IMG/VR virus record: IMGVR_UViG_3300044645_002525
Coordinates: 1 to 64,000 of that record
Strand: one strand, 5' to 3'
DNA length: 64,000 nt
From: a virus
The translations under genes were made by a program, and so were the position numbers. Of the stretch, positions 20,468 to 29,876 are shown piece by piece (positions within the stretch are counted from its first letter, which is position 1; each line of letters starts with the position of its first letter). Under the pieces are notes generated by a model that saw only the letters and a program-made list of their open reading frames with translations, made no database searches and had not been told where the DNA came from.

Positions 20468-21376
20468 TCAGGCAGAGGCCTGCACGTAGATCATGCTCTT
20501 GGGATAGTACAGAGCAACGCCACCGACGCGGGCATGAGCAGGAACGATGAATTCCAGACCACGCTGCTGAGGCGGGAACAGCTCAAGAGGTTGAGGAATG
20601 TGCAGTTGCACTTTCTCAGGATCGCGCTTGTACACAACCATACGGTCAGTATTCAGCACGCTGTTGTCGGCTTCCAACTGGTTGATGGGCTCAACGTTAC
20701 GGATGTAGGGGTTGGTACGCAGGAAATATTCCAGCACAGTCACGTCCGAAGAATCGGAGTTGCGAGTGGTGCTGATTTTGTTGTAATCCGCGTAGGACAG
20801 CAGAATGGTATCGGGCTGTTCCTTCATCTTGGAGCCGTTGATAATGGCAGTCACGCCATAGTTCAGCAGCTCAAGCATTTCCTGGGCAGTGGTGCCAGTA
20901 GTGGTGAACCACTTATCGGCAGCAACCACGTCCACGGTGGAGTTGTTGAAGAAACCAGCGAGGCCCACAGAGCTTTCACCGAAGAAAGCAAGGCTTTCCA
21001 CTTTCTCTTCATAGGCACGACGCACAGCAGCAGCACGACGCTGCTCTAGGGCGATATTGGCCATTTGAGCAGCACGCAGTTCCTGCACGGTATAGCCAAA
21101 GCTGCCACCGAAGGAACGAATGTTGATGCTCTTCTCCACTTGGCTGATGTCAGCACGGGGCAGATCATCAGCAGCGTCCGCAATCAGACGGAACTCACCA
21201 GTGGAGTCCATGATGCGATAGGTGAAGGTCTGGGCGCCAGGACCAGCTTCAGCAGTGACGGGCAGAACAGTGGGATATTTAATATCCGCATACTGCACTT
21301 CAAAAACTTGGGGGCGAATGTACTCAAGCTGACGCTCAAGGAACAGCCCCGCATCATCCATACGGAATTCAGACAT
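20468..21376 (-). CDS. Major capsid protein (DUF2184 family, HK97 fold)
   Basis: Start at MSEFRMDD, preceded by AGGAGG; QLEYIRPQVFEVQY, YTVQELRAA and ARVGGVALYYP motifs. Confidence 0.9.
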   Translation of the reverse strand: MSEFRMDDAGLFLERQLEYIRPQVFEVQYADIKYPTVLPVTAEAGPGAQTFTYRIMDSTGEFRLIADAADDLPRADISQVEKSINIRSFGGSFGYTVQELRAAQMANIALEQRRAAAVRRAYEEKVESLAFFGESSVGLAGFFNNSTVDVVAADKWFTTTGTTAQEMLELLNYGVTAIINGSKMKEQPDTILLSYADYNKISTTRNSDSSDVTVLEYFLRTNPYIRNVEPINQLEADNSVLNTDRMVVYKRDPEKVQLHIPQPLELFPPQQRGLEFIVPAHARVGGVALYYPKSMIYVQASA

Positions 21377-21392
21377 TGTTAAGAGCCTCCTA

Positions 21393-21953
21393 TCAAGAAT
21401 CAGCAGAGAGGGTGAAGCTCGGACCATTCAGCTCCAGAACAGCGAGGCCGCTGCCAGTGGTGGAGGTGAGGAAACGAGCGTTAGCGAGGCGCACAGTTTT
21501 GCCCGATGCAAAAGCATGGGAGAACTGACCAGCCTTGCCAGTGCCACTAGCGGAATACAGCACACGCACGGGCGATGCGGGAGTAACAGCGCCGGTCACG
21601 TAGACGGCCACTGCACCTTCGTTAGCCACGTTCATGGCTTGCTTATCCTTCACACCAGGACGGCTGTTGCTGTCGAGGGCGGTTTCATCAACGTAGGTGA
21701 GGACGTTGACGCCCAGCACAGTGTCAGAAGCGCCAGAAATGGTAGTGGCGGAATTGGCGATGGTACCAGCAGTGTTGTACACAGCCAGATTGCCGAAGGG
21801 AACAACAGCGCCAGTCTCGTTGACGTAGGTGCCGATGGTGTTGTCGCGGATGTCAGACAGTTGACCTTCCAGCAGTGCAGCATGCGCGAGGCTGTAAGCC
21901 TGTTGCACGCCACCAGCGGAGGCGGTGCCCGAAGCAGAGAAAGTTACGGCCAT
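21393..21953 (-). CDS. Capsid decoration / cement protein
   Basis: Lies between protease-scaffold and capsid; VPFG and EGAVAVYV motifs. Confidence 0.7.
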   Translation of the reverse strand: MAVTFSASGTASAGGVQQAYSLAHAALLEGQLSDIRDNTIGTYVNETGAVVPFGNLAVYNTAGTIANSATTISGASDTVLGVNVLTYVDETALDSNSRPGVKDKQAMNVANEGAVAVYVTGAVTPASPVRVLYSASGTGKAGQFSHAFASGKTVRLANARFLTSTTGSGLAVLELNGPSFTLSADS

Positions 21954-21955
21954 AA

Positions 21956-23149
21956 TTACTTAGCCTCCTTGGAGATGGAAAGGGGCTTCTTCCAAGCATT
22001 CTGCAGCATGTCCATGTAGGACGAAGGAGCAGAAACGGGAGAAGCAATGGAAGCTACGGCTTTGCGCAGCTCATCAGTGGTGGCAGAATCTTTGCGACCC
22101 TCAGCGAGAGTGTCAAACATTGCTTGCACGTAGTCGTCGCTCTTCTCAGAAAGATCAAGCTCGTCACCACGCACTGCCTTGATGGAATCAACCATCACTT
22201 CGCGGGCAGTTTTGCCAGCGAAAGCATAAGCTGCATCAAGAACAGGCTTAGCCTTCTCGATGAGAGCAACACGCTCTTCCACCATGGAATCAAGATTGAT
22301 TTCCTTGGCAGCAGCGAGTTCAGCGGAAAGCTCTTCCACTTGTTCAGCCAGAGCATCAGCGCGACCCTCAGCGGAATCACACTTGCCCTTCATTTCTTTT
22401 TCCATGGCGTCCATTTCGGACTTAAGCTTTTCAGCTTGTGCCATGGCATCTTCATATTGACGCTTCATATCGGCGTAGCTACCTTTCGCGTCTTCACGCT
22501 CGGCAGCGATAGCAGCAGCAAGAGCTGCATCAGCCTCATACGAAACGCCGTCAAACGCAATGTTGGCGGTCATTTTTACTCCTGTAGAGGATAGAAGGTC
22601 TTCGACAGCGGCATCCGCTGAATCAAGCATGAGACGCACTTGCGCCCCACCTCTAGCCCTGTTGACAATAGCAACGTGATTGCCACGAATGTTCCGCTGA
22701 ATGCCATCGTAATGTTGGCCATCAGAAGTAATTCCTGGTTCGGGGCTATAGTCCACCCTGTAGCCGCACGATACTTCACGCACGTCTCCGCGCATGATTG
22801 AGTCGATTGTCTCTTTGTCCGTGACAGTCAGAGTGCTTTCAACAAAGCCATCGGAGTAGGAGACGTCCGCGCTGGTAAAACCAACTGCGTAGTCTTTTGT
22901 GTTCAATGCGTCAAGAAGCACCGGAGGATGCTCTTTTGTGACACATTTTTCCCGAAAACTATCTAGCGCCTCAATGGCGGCTACTTCCTCTTCGGGCCTG
23001 TACTCCAAGCGGACGCCTCCGTTCGCATCCGTATAAGACTGAATACCAGTGCGTGCTATCCGCGCTTTGACACGCAAATAGCCCTCATCCGTGAACGTGT
23101 AGTTCTGGATGGTGGAAACGTCGTAGCGGAAGCCGTTTAAGGTGTCCAT
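21956..23149 (-). CDS. Prohead protease + scaffold (DUF2213)
   Basis: EGYL..ARIARTGIQSY, EHP, VSCGY and NHVAIVNRARGG motifs, followed by a coiled-coil C-terminus. Confidence 0.9.
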   Translation of the reverse strand: MDTLNGFRYDVSTIQNYTFTDEGYLRVKARIARTGIQSYTDANGGVRLEYRPEEEVAAIEALDSFREKCVTKEHPPVLLDALNTKDYAVGFTSADVSYSDGFVESTLTVTDKETIDSIMRGDVREVSCGYRVDYSPEPGITSDGQHYDGIQRNIRGNHVAIVNRARGGAQVRLMLDSADAAVEDLLSSTGVKMTANIAFDGVSYEADAALAAAIAAEREDAKGSYADMKRQYEDAMAQAEKLKSEMDAMEKEMKGKCDSAEGRADALAEQVEELSAELAAAKEINLDSMVEERVALIEKAKPVLDAAYAFAGKTAREVMVDSIKAVRGDELDLSEKSDDYVQAMFDTLAEGRKDSATTDELRKAVASIASPVSAPSSYMDMLQNAWKKPLSISKEAK

Positions 23150-23206
23150 ATATTAACTTTACCAACAAACATCGTTTATGATTTGTACAGTTATTCAGGA
23201 CTGACT

Positions 23207-23740
23207 ATGGAGAGGCGCTGGCATTACGTCTACTACTCGTACGAGGAGTGGGGCCGAGGCTATATTGGCAAGCGCTCATCCAAGGTTCCGCCAAGCCAAG
23301 ATCCATACATGGGCAGCTTTAAGGACAAGACTTTTAAGCCTACAAATAAAATTGTTCTCGGTGTTTTTGATACGGCAGAAGAGGCGTTAAGACACGAAGT
23401 AATACTTCATGATTTTTACGAAGTAGGCAAAAATCCGCATTTTGCAAATCAAGCCAAGCAGACTTCATCTCGCTTTTGCTGGCATGGTGATTTGACAAAA
23501 GTGCTTACGCCAGCCGAAGAGCAGCAGCGCCGTTCAAAAATCTCGAAGAGTCAAAGGGCTGGATCGAAAGGTTTCTTCTATAAGCTTGTGTCCCCCAGTG
23601 GCAGTATTCATGTGACAATCAATTTAAGGCAATTTTGCAGAGACCATAAATTAACGCATCAAAATATAGACAAAGTTGCAAAAGGTGAACGCCGCCACCA
23701 CAAGGGGTGGACGGCTAAACGGATGGAGCTAAAACGATGA
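23207..23740 (+). CDS. GIY-YIG-like free-standing homing endonuclease
   Basis: HYVYYSYE...YIGKR...YMGS...E motif; C-terminal LRQFCRDHKL...HHKGW DNA-binding module; oriented against the structural operon. Confidence 0.75.
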   Translation: MERRWHYVYYSYEEWGRGYIGKRSSKVPPSQDPYMGSFKDKTFKPTNKIVLGVFDTAEEALRHEVILHDFYEVGKNPHFANQAKQTSSRFCWHGDLTKVLTPAEEQQRRSKISKSQRAGSKGFFYKLVSPSGSIHVTINLRQFCRDHKLTHQNIDKVAKGERRHHKGWTAKRMELKR

Positions 23741-24021
23741 TGCTGCTCAAGAAAAGTGATGTGGATGTGCTTAAGATGCCTCATCAGCAAGCTCGTCTCC
23801 TGATTGCTTCTCGCATTAAAGAAGCCCGCCTTAATAGCGGGCTTTCTCAGAAAGACGTAGCTCAAGCTTTGCATACAAGTCAAAGCTCTTATTCACGAAT
23901 GGAACGCGCTGAACTGGCTCCGGATTGCGTGCAAATTCGCACTCTCAGTGGTCTCTATGGAATAAGCGTATTGTGGCTGATGGGCTATCCCTCGTTCATT
24001 CTCAACACGCGAAGGGATTAA
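23737..24021 (+). CDS. XRE-family HTH regulator
   Basis: RIKEARLNSGLSQKDVAQAL..SQSSYSRME...WLMG. Confidence 0.85.
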   Translation: MMLLKKSDVDVLKMPHQQARLLIASRIKEARLNSGLSQKDVAQALHTSQSSYSRMERAELAPDCVQIRTLSGLYGISVLWLMGYPSFILNTRRD

Positions 24022-24329
24022 TCCTCGTCCTCGTCATCATCACGAAGGTCGCGAAGTTGATCTTCAATGCCCTCCATAATGTATGACTTCGCCATTGCCT
24101 CAATTTCAAACGTAAGAAACTTAGTCGGATCGAAATGAGGGTCGGGCTTTTCGTAGACGCTCATCACATAGATGTGAGTTTCATCGAGACGACCATTCTT
24201 GAAGCATTGCTTCTCCACTAGTTCCCATCGCGAAGTATTGCGGTGTTCGTTAGCAGAAAGAATGGCCAAAGCCTGCATCACGCCAATACCTTCATCTTCT
24301 TGTTCGATGACGCGTACGTATTCGCTCAT
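24018..24329 (-). CDS. Hypothetical acidic protein
   Basis: 103-aa ORF overlapping the upstream gene's stop. Confidence 0.6.
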   Translation of the reverse strand: MSEYVRVIEQEDEGIGVMQALAILSANEHRNTSRWELVEKQCFKNGRLDETHIYVMSVYEKPDPHFDPTKFLTFEIEAMAKSYIMEGIEDQLRDLRDDDEDED

Positions 24330-24685
24330 TGGCCTGTATTACGACTTTCTACCATCTTAATGATGCGTTTAGCCCATGCCCTCCCGGCATCTCCTCCCCA
24401 TAGCAGCCAAGCAATATATCCAGCATCGTTCTCTCCACCGCTTTTATTCTTCTCATGCCGAGAGAAGAATGCAGACATACGCTTGATTGTGGCATAGCTA
24501 ATCTTGCTGCCACCAGCCAAATCACCAGCCCTGGCAACGCCGCTACCAATACCTTGTTTGCCTGCCTCCTGCGTTGTTAAGCCGCCCTTGCCGTGCTTCT
24601 TGCGCAGTTCCAACCCTCGACGGGCAGCACTTCGCACGGCGGCGGGAGGGGAGAAACTCTCAGCATCTCCCCTCAGCGCTTTTTT
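24326..24685 (-). CDS. Small basic phage domain (RMSAFFSRH...IAWLLWGGDAG), probably reached by -1 frameshift from the upstream ORF
   Basis: Frame is open upstream of the GTG at 24637 (ALRGDAESFSPPAAVRSAARRGL) back through the A AAA AAG site; no ATG/GTG/TTG further upstream in this frame and no SD before the GTG. Confidence 0.7.
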   Translation of the reverse strand, partial: KKALRGDAESFSPPAAVRSAARRGLELRKKHGKGGLTTQEAGKQGIGSGVARAGDLAGGSKISYATIKRMSAFFSRHEKNKSGGENDAGYIAWLLWGGDAGRAWAKRIIKMVESRNTGQ

Positions 24686-24927
24686 CCGCAGCTCCCATCC
24701 ATTTCCTCTTCTTCTTCCTCTTCGCCAATCATCTCCTTAAAGAAGCCCATATAGTATTCGTCGCTCATGTCTTCTTTTGGCTTGCGCGTCATGCCAGCTT
24801 CAGACAAGGCAATTGCTAGTGCTTGCTTCGGACTCTTCACGGCTTCGCCACTGCTGCTCTTCAGCTTGCCGCTTTTGTATTCGCGCATCACCTTGGCAAT
24901 TTTTGCCTGCTTTTCCTTCTTGGTCAT
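24673..24927 (-). CDS. Small protein, DUF6496-like
   Basis: KIAKVMREYKSGKLKSSSG..VKSPKQALAIALSEAG signature. Confidence 0.75.
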   Translation of the reverse strand: MTKKEKQAKIAKVMREYKSGKLKSSSGEAVKSPKQALAIALSEAGMTRKPKEDMSDEYYMGFFKEMIGEEEEEEEMDGSCGKKR

Positions 24928-24954
24928 AGCGCTAAATGCTTTCCTTAAGCATAA

Positions 24955-25671
24955 TCAATGGATGAATCCTATCGGAGCAGTGGCAATGTTCATGCCAGGG
25001 AAAAGCTTGTCACGATACAAAACCATGCCAGTGATGAGACGCTCGGCAATAAAGGCCAACGCTCGCTTGTCATAGCCTCCAATACGAAGAAACTGCTCTT
25101 CGTGCTTATGCCAAATGGGAGCAAGCGCGACAAACAGAGCGCTCATGAATTGCTTGTATTGCACGTTGCCTCCTCGTGCCATATTGCAGCCAATAAAGCT
25201 ATTTTGCTTCCAAATGGCATCAATTTCTTCGCGAGAGAAAATCCAACTCCCGGAATCGGCAAGTTCTCTAGTGATGACAGGAGCGTCAAAAGCTGAATGT
25301 CCACCATAAAACTGCTGCTCCAGCGTGCAATTGAACAGTGCAGGCTCGGGAAAATACAACGTATTTTCGTCGTACCATTGATCATTTGGCTCTAGCCAAT
25401 TACGCCTGTATTGCGCATTGCCAATGTTTTTCTCATTCGCATTGAGAATCATCCAAGAAATACAAGACAGCTCTCCCCATCGGCTATTAAGCCGCGAAAG
25501 GGAAGCATTCTCATCATCAAACACATAGCCCTGTAAGCGGAGCGCTTCACGCTCCTCGCTCGACAAAGTATATGCTCCTCCCATAATGGGAACAATGGAA
25601 GAGCGGGCTTCATAGCGCACTTTCTCACCAGGAATGCACACGGCATAGATGGTGCAATCAGACGGCTGCAT
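24955..25671 (-). CDS. Putative glycosyltransferase (DUF4422-like GT-A)
   Basis: DDEN..S.LN.RWGELSCISW...IGNAQYRR...CNM...RALAFIAERL pattern. Confidence 0.65.
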   Translation of the reverse strand: MQPSDCTIYAVCIPGEKVRYEARSSIVPIMGGAYTLSSEEREALRLQGYVFDDENASLSRLNSRWGELSCISWMILNANEKNIGNAQYRRNWLEPNDQWYDENTLYFPEPALFNCTLEQQFYGGHSAFDAPVITRELADSGSWIFSREEIDAIWKQNSFIGCNMARGGNVQYKQFMSALFVALAPIWHKHEEQFLRIGGYDKRALAFIAERLITGMVLYRDKLFPGMNIATAPIGFIH

Positions 25672-26374
25672 ACACTTTCCTCGCGGACCAAAGCTCGTTG
25701 TAATTGTTCACACCTTTAGCGCCAAGACCAGTCAAGTCCCCGCCTCCTGCAGGCTTGCTCCAAGCCATGATCGTACCATCAGGCAAGACAAACCCTCTGT
25801 TCTTTTGACCATACGTGGGAGTGAGTTCCAGATAGTCGCCATAGACAAAATTGGCTTGACTTCCGTTAATAGCAAGCGCCTTGCCCAACAATGTTGGACC
25901 AGTGGGGCACAGTGGCGTGATGCCATAGTATTGCTCTTTGCAATTTGCCACAATCATTTCAATGGCAGTCTGCAAAGCTTGGTTATCAGGCTTGGAATAG
26001 AGCACAGTCGTAGCACACGCCCAACTGGTATAACTAAAGCGTTGAATATCGCGAAAGGCCAAGAATTCAATGCGGTCGCCAAGATCCACTGCATTAAAAG
26101 CCCTCACGCCAACATCAAAATACCAGCCACCAAGTTTGTTTAACAAGCAAAACCGCCCAAGATCTGCTTTGTAAGAAAATGGCACCAAGCAATCATATGC
26201 CCACACCACTTCTTCACCATAGTTCTCTGCAATAAAAGCACGCAGTGAAGCATCGCTGTAAATGACATGCTCCGCACTAGGGAAGCACGCATCAATGGTG
26301 CCAGTGGCGTGCTTAAGAAATGGGCTCAGCTCTTCCGTTGGATCAGTGGAAAGAAAGATTTGTGAAATCTGCAT
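25658..26374 (-). CDS. Glycosyltransferase, GT32/OCH1-like DxD family
   Basis: YKADLGRFCLL...GGWYFDVG and TGPTLLG motifs. Confidence 0.85.
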   Translation of the reverse strand: MQISQIFLSTDPTEELSPFLKHATGTIDACFPSAEHVIYSDASLRAFIAENYGEEVVWAYDCLVPFSYKADLGRFCLLNKLGGWYFDVGVRAFNAVDLGDRIEFLAFRDIQRFSYTSWACATTVLYSKPDNQALQTAIEMIVANCKEQYYGITPLCPTGPTLLGKALAINGSQANFVYGDYLELTPTYGQKNRGFVLPDGTIMAWSKPAGGGDLTGLGAKGVNNYNELWSARKVYAAV

Positions 26375-26379
26375 GGCGA

Positions 26380-27603
26380 TCAGGCGATTTTTGCGGGAGT
26401 GCCAAAGCCTTTAAATTCAGGCTCCGCAGGCTTGACAGCTAGTGTTTCATTCACTGCATCCTTGAGCTGCTGCTGAATATAGGGCCAAGTAAAGGGCTCT
26501 TCGTGGAGACGGTTATAGCACCATTGACCATGCTGCTTCAAAATGTCGCGATTCTCATAGTAATAAGTGAGGATATCGGCGGCGCACTCAGGGTCTGGCA
26601 ATAATCGCTCAAGCCCATAGTTTCTGTCGGTTTCACTGGCATTGCATTCAATGCGAGGCATCTCATCAAAGATTTCAGCCAAGCTCGTATGATCAGGAAC
26701 CACTTGCGCCACACCAGTGGCACCATGCTCTGAGTTGACCAAGCCCCATCCTTCGCCAATGCAAGTGTTAATGCCAATATCAGCAGCGTTATACACTTGA
26801 TTGAGTTGTTCAATGGGGAGGCAATTGCCCACTGAATAGTGCGGGCTTGTCAAAATAAGCTTGCCAGTGGCATCAAACCCTTCGTCACGTGCCACTCGCT
26901 TGAAGAGATCAATGATTGGCCAGCCAAGATCTTTTGCTCCCATGTTCAACCAAAGGCGAGCATCATCTTTGTCCTTGGCAAACTTGATAAAGGCTTTAAT
27001 CGTCAGGTCAATGCGCTTTCTGGGTTGATTTCTGTTTCCGTTAAAGACAACAAACACATCGTCCGGTACTCCCAAGATCTTTCGACACTCCTTCTTGTCC
27101 ATCGGGAAGAATTTGGTGAAGTCAGTGCCGTGACCGATAATGCGAATGGGCTTTGTATAACCCATGATCTCTAGTTCTTTTTTAGCAAATTTGGTGTAAG
27201 TGGCCAAGCCGTCCCATTCCATCATTGGGGGAGTGAGATTTGGGAACAATCCATACGAATCAATAGGAGTGTACACAAACCATTTGAAGCCAAGCTTCTC
27301 CCTAAGTGGCTTGGCATTTTCCCATAGACTCAATGCAATCCAGATGTCGTTTGTAATCCATACCAGATCCGGCTTTATTGCTTGAATTACGCTCGCAATA
27401 CGATGAGACCCAAAAGGATCATTCCCATGCGCCATTGCTGGATACATTTTGCAATGCTGCTGCATAGGAGAAGGGTCTCCGTGCCAGTTGGTGCATAACG
27501 CATGTACTTCATATTCCTCCGCGAGCGCTGGAATTAGGTATTCGGCAACTCGCCCAAATCCCGTTTGTACTCCGACATCACCTGCGTAGAGAATCTTTTT
27601 CAT
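26380..27603 (-). CDS. Glycosyltransferase family 4 (GT-B)
   Basis: TGFGRV, HGTD..KF, NRNQPRKRID and YNAADIGINTCIGEGWGLVNSE (E-x7-E) motifs. Confidence 0.9.
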   Translation of the reverse strand: MKKILYAGDVGVQTGFGRVAEYLIPALAEEYEVHALCTNWHGDPSPMQQHCKMYPAMAHGNDPFGSHRIASVIQAIKPDLVWITNDIWIALSLWENAKPLREKLGFKWFVYTPIDSYGLFPNLTPPMMEWDGLATYTKFAKKELEIMGYTKPIRIIGHGTDFTKFFPMDKKECRKILGVPDDVFVVFNGNRNQPRKRIDLTIKAFIKFAKDKDDARLWLNMGAKDLGWPIIDLFKRVARDEGFDATGKLILTSPHYSVGNCLPIEQLNQVYNAADIGINTCIGEGWGLVNSEHGATGVAQVVPDHTSLAEIFDEMPRIECNASETDRNYGLERLLPDPECAADILTYYYENRDILKQHGQWCYNRLHEEPFTWPYIQQQLKDAVNETLAVKPAEPEFKGFGTPAKIA

Positions 27604-27627
27604 AGGAATCACAAGACTCCCGCAATC

Positions 27628-28140
27628 TTAGTCCGTTTTTTCTTTGTAGTAAAAAGCCAGGTCTTGATCGCATCTAACAGCCTTCAATAATGCGTCCATA
27701 GCGGCTTCTCTGCTTGGAAATCTACCAAGTCTTTTACTGCGAATATATGCCCTCCAAGGATTTTTGATTGACGAAGGATCGAAAGAGACTCCCCTTGCAC
27801 CACTCGTGTTGTCCGATCTCATCTTGACGTTTAACGTGTTCTGCTGCCTAGTGCATGCTCTTAAGTTGCAAGGGCGATTATCAGACGGGTTTCCATTTTT
27901 ATGGTCTATTTCAAGGTCGCCAGGATCCATCCCATTTGACAGAGCCCAAACGATTCGATGAATACCATAGCTATGCCCATCGATACTCACCACTCTGTAG
28001 CCCTTGTTCCATCGTCCTGCCACTTGACCTGGACGCACCCTGTTACTGGTGGGTCTTTTCCAGATCAAGATTCCATCTTTTCTCAACGCAAGAAGATGTC
28101 GAATCCGACAAAGCGGAGGAAGTGGTTTACAGTGCAGCAT
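27628..28140 (-). CDS. HNH homing endonuclease with an AP2-like C-terminus
   Basis: HRIVW...IDHKNGNPSDNRPCNLR; NTSGARGV...WRAYI...LGRF. Confidence 0.9.
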   Translation of the reverse strand: MLHCKPLPPLCRIRHLLALRKDGILIWKRPTSNRVRPGQVAGRWNKGYRVVSIDGHSYGIHRIVWALSNGMDPGDLEIDHKNGNPSDNRPCNLRACTRQQNTLNVKMRSDNTSGARGVSFDPSSIKNPWRAYIRSKRLGRFPSREAAMDALLKAVRCDQDLAFYYKEKTD

Positions 28141-28209
28141 CGGCTCATTCTGGGTGAGTTGATCGCGGACTAGGAGCGGCAAACTCGCTAGTCCACCTCA
28201 TTGTAACGC

Positions 28210-28923
28210 ATGACACGCAGCGCAATAATGGCACTTCCAGAAGGCTCAATTCGCTTTTGTATTAGTACGTGCAAGAAGTTTGCTCCACATACTATTCCCG
28301 TGATAATTCCCAGCTTGCTTGCTGCTGGACTAAAGCCAGAGGAGATTTTGATTGTCAATGGTGGGCAAACCGTCAGGGCTTTCACCAGCTACAAAGACGT
28401 GCCAATGCTGCTGACGCAGCAAAATTCCTTTGAATACACGCCGCTCATTGAGATTGTTGAGCATTCAATGGAGAGTCCCTATTGGTTTCTCCTGCACGAC
28501 ACTTGCATTGCAGGCCCCACGTTTAGACAGCTCGCTTACGAACCGCCAGTGGAGGTGCCAGAGAAAGTGGCAATGAAGCACACGCCTTCCATGAGCATCG
28601 GCCTTTACCGCTACGACTACCTTATGCGCCACAAGGAGCGTTTGATGGCCATCAAAAACTTGGATAGCTCGCCAGAAGCTCTGCAGCAATGGAAGCAATG
28701 GGGAGTGCCAAACGAGGACTACATGCTTTGGAAGCTCCAGGACGTGCCTTGCCACATCTATCATCCAGACAAGCATGGCCCGGACGAATGGAACTATCAA
28801 GGGCACGCAGATCCCTATGGCACTGGTATGCAGCGTCGTATCGAATACTTCCCTCAGCTAGAACTGGCCAAAGCCAAAAGCAATTGGCAAGGCGTACAGC
28901 CCCACCTTTGTATTGACATCTGA
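28210..28923 (+). CDS. Putative GT-A-fold glycosyltransferase-like protein
   Basis: IRFCIST..., ILIVNGG, NSFEY, YWFLLHDTC and ED motifs resemble GT-A enzymes; lies in the glycan cluster. Confidence 0.5.
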   Translation: MTRSAIMALPEGSIRFCISTCKKFAPHTIPVIIPSLLAAGLKPEEILIVNGGQTVRAFTSYKDVPMLLTQQNSFEYTPLIEIVEHSMESPYWFLLHDTCIAGPTFRQLAYEPPVEVPEKVAMKHTPSMSIGLYRYDYLMRHKERLMAIKNLDSSPEALQQWKQWGVPNEDYMLWKLQDVPCHIYHPDKHGPDEWNYQGHADPYGTGMQRRIEYFPQLELAKAKSNWQGVQPHLCIDI

Positions 28924-29876
28924 TGAAGCGCATTGCAATTATTGGTGGCGGCTGGGTGGGATGCCATTTGGCAATGGCTTTTCGCGATGAGGCGGAGGTG
29001 ACGCTATACGAAAAGAACCATACGCTCATTTCAGAAGCGTCTTTCATCAACCAAAATCGGCTGCACTACGGCTACCACTACGCCAGGAATGCCGCCACTC
29101 GTCGATTGTGCGCTACCACTTTTGTGCGCTTCATGGAGGATTATGGCGATCTCGTTCATGATGTAGAGAATAATTACTACGCAGTGTCGGAAGATGAAAG
29201 TCTTCTTGATGCTGAAACCATTTCAATTATTTTCGGGAATGGTCCGCATACCCAGTTAGATCCACAGATCTTTAGTCACACATCGCTTTTATTGGACACC
29301 TCCGAGAAGCGTATTGATGCCATCGGAGCCAATCTGTATTTTCAATGGTGCCTAGAGTCGCTGGTCAAAAAGGAAAAGATTCAGCGATGCAATCTGCAAG
29401 CGCTAAAGCAGGATTACGACTTTGTTTTTGATTGCACCAACAACTCTCTCCTGGAGCCATTGTCTTCTCATTTCTTTGAAGCAGTGGCAATGTTCATCTA
29501 TCGCCCCAAAAAGCCTCTTCCTTTTGGCGCTCTCACTTACATTGACGGCGAACTATTTTCCATCTATCCATACAACGACAAATGCTTCTCGCTGAGTCAC
29601 GTGAAGCATGGAATTATGCCTAGCAATTCGCTTGATAATGCGGACGATGCAAGACGCAATATTGAGCAGCACGTAGAGCGCTACTGGACTGACTTTGCTG
29701 ATAGCTTTGACTATTTATTCCCAACGCTTTCTATCAAAGCAAAAACCAAAGACAGCAGCGCCAATCGCACTCCGCTAATGCGCCAAGAAGACAATTTGTT
29801 TTCCTTCTTCACTGGCAAAATCCAGGGCATCTATGCCATTGAGCAAATGGCAAGGCAAATTATCGCTCAGCCATAA
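28923..29876 (+). CDS. FAD-dependent oxidoreductase
   Basis: IAIIGGGWVG...VTLYE, AS..NQNRLHYGYHY.R and C-terminal TGKI motifs. Confidence 0.85.
   Translation: MKRIAIIGGGWVGCHLAMAFRDEAEVTLYEKNHTLISEASFINQNRLHYGYHYARNAATRRLCATTFVRFMEDYGDLVHDVENNYYAVSEDESLLDAETISIIFGNGPHTQLDPQIFSHTSLLLDTSEKRIDAIGANLYFQWCLESLVKKEKIQRCNLQALKQDYDFVFDCTNNSLLEPLSSHFFEAVAMFIYRPKKPLPFGALTYIDGELFSIYPYNDKCFSLSHVKHGIMPSNSLDNADDARRNIEQHVERYWTDFADSFDYLFPTLSIKAKTKDSSANRTPLMRQEDNLFSFFTGKIQGIYAIEQMARQIIAQP

Noticed and set aside
259-22779. Numerous short antisense or alternate-frame ORFs over the fibre, tape measure and capsid genes
   Set aside because: Shadow ORFs produced by codon bias of the long minus-strand genes; no motifs or RBS.
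23737-24021. Lysogeny module
   Set aside because: A lone XRE gene with no integrase, att site or cI/cro pair in the window; lifestyle cannot be called.
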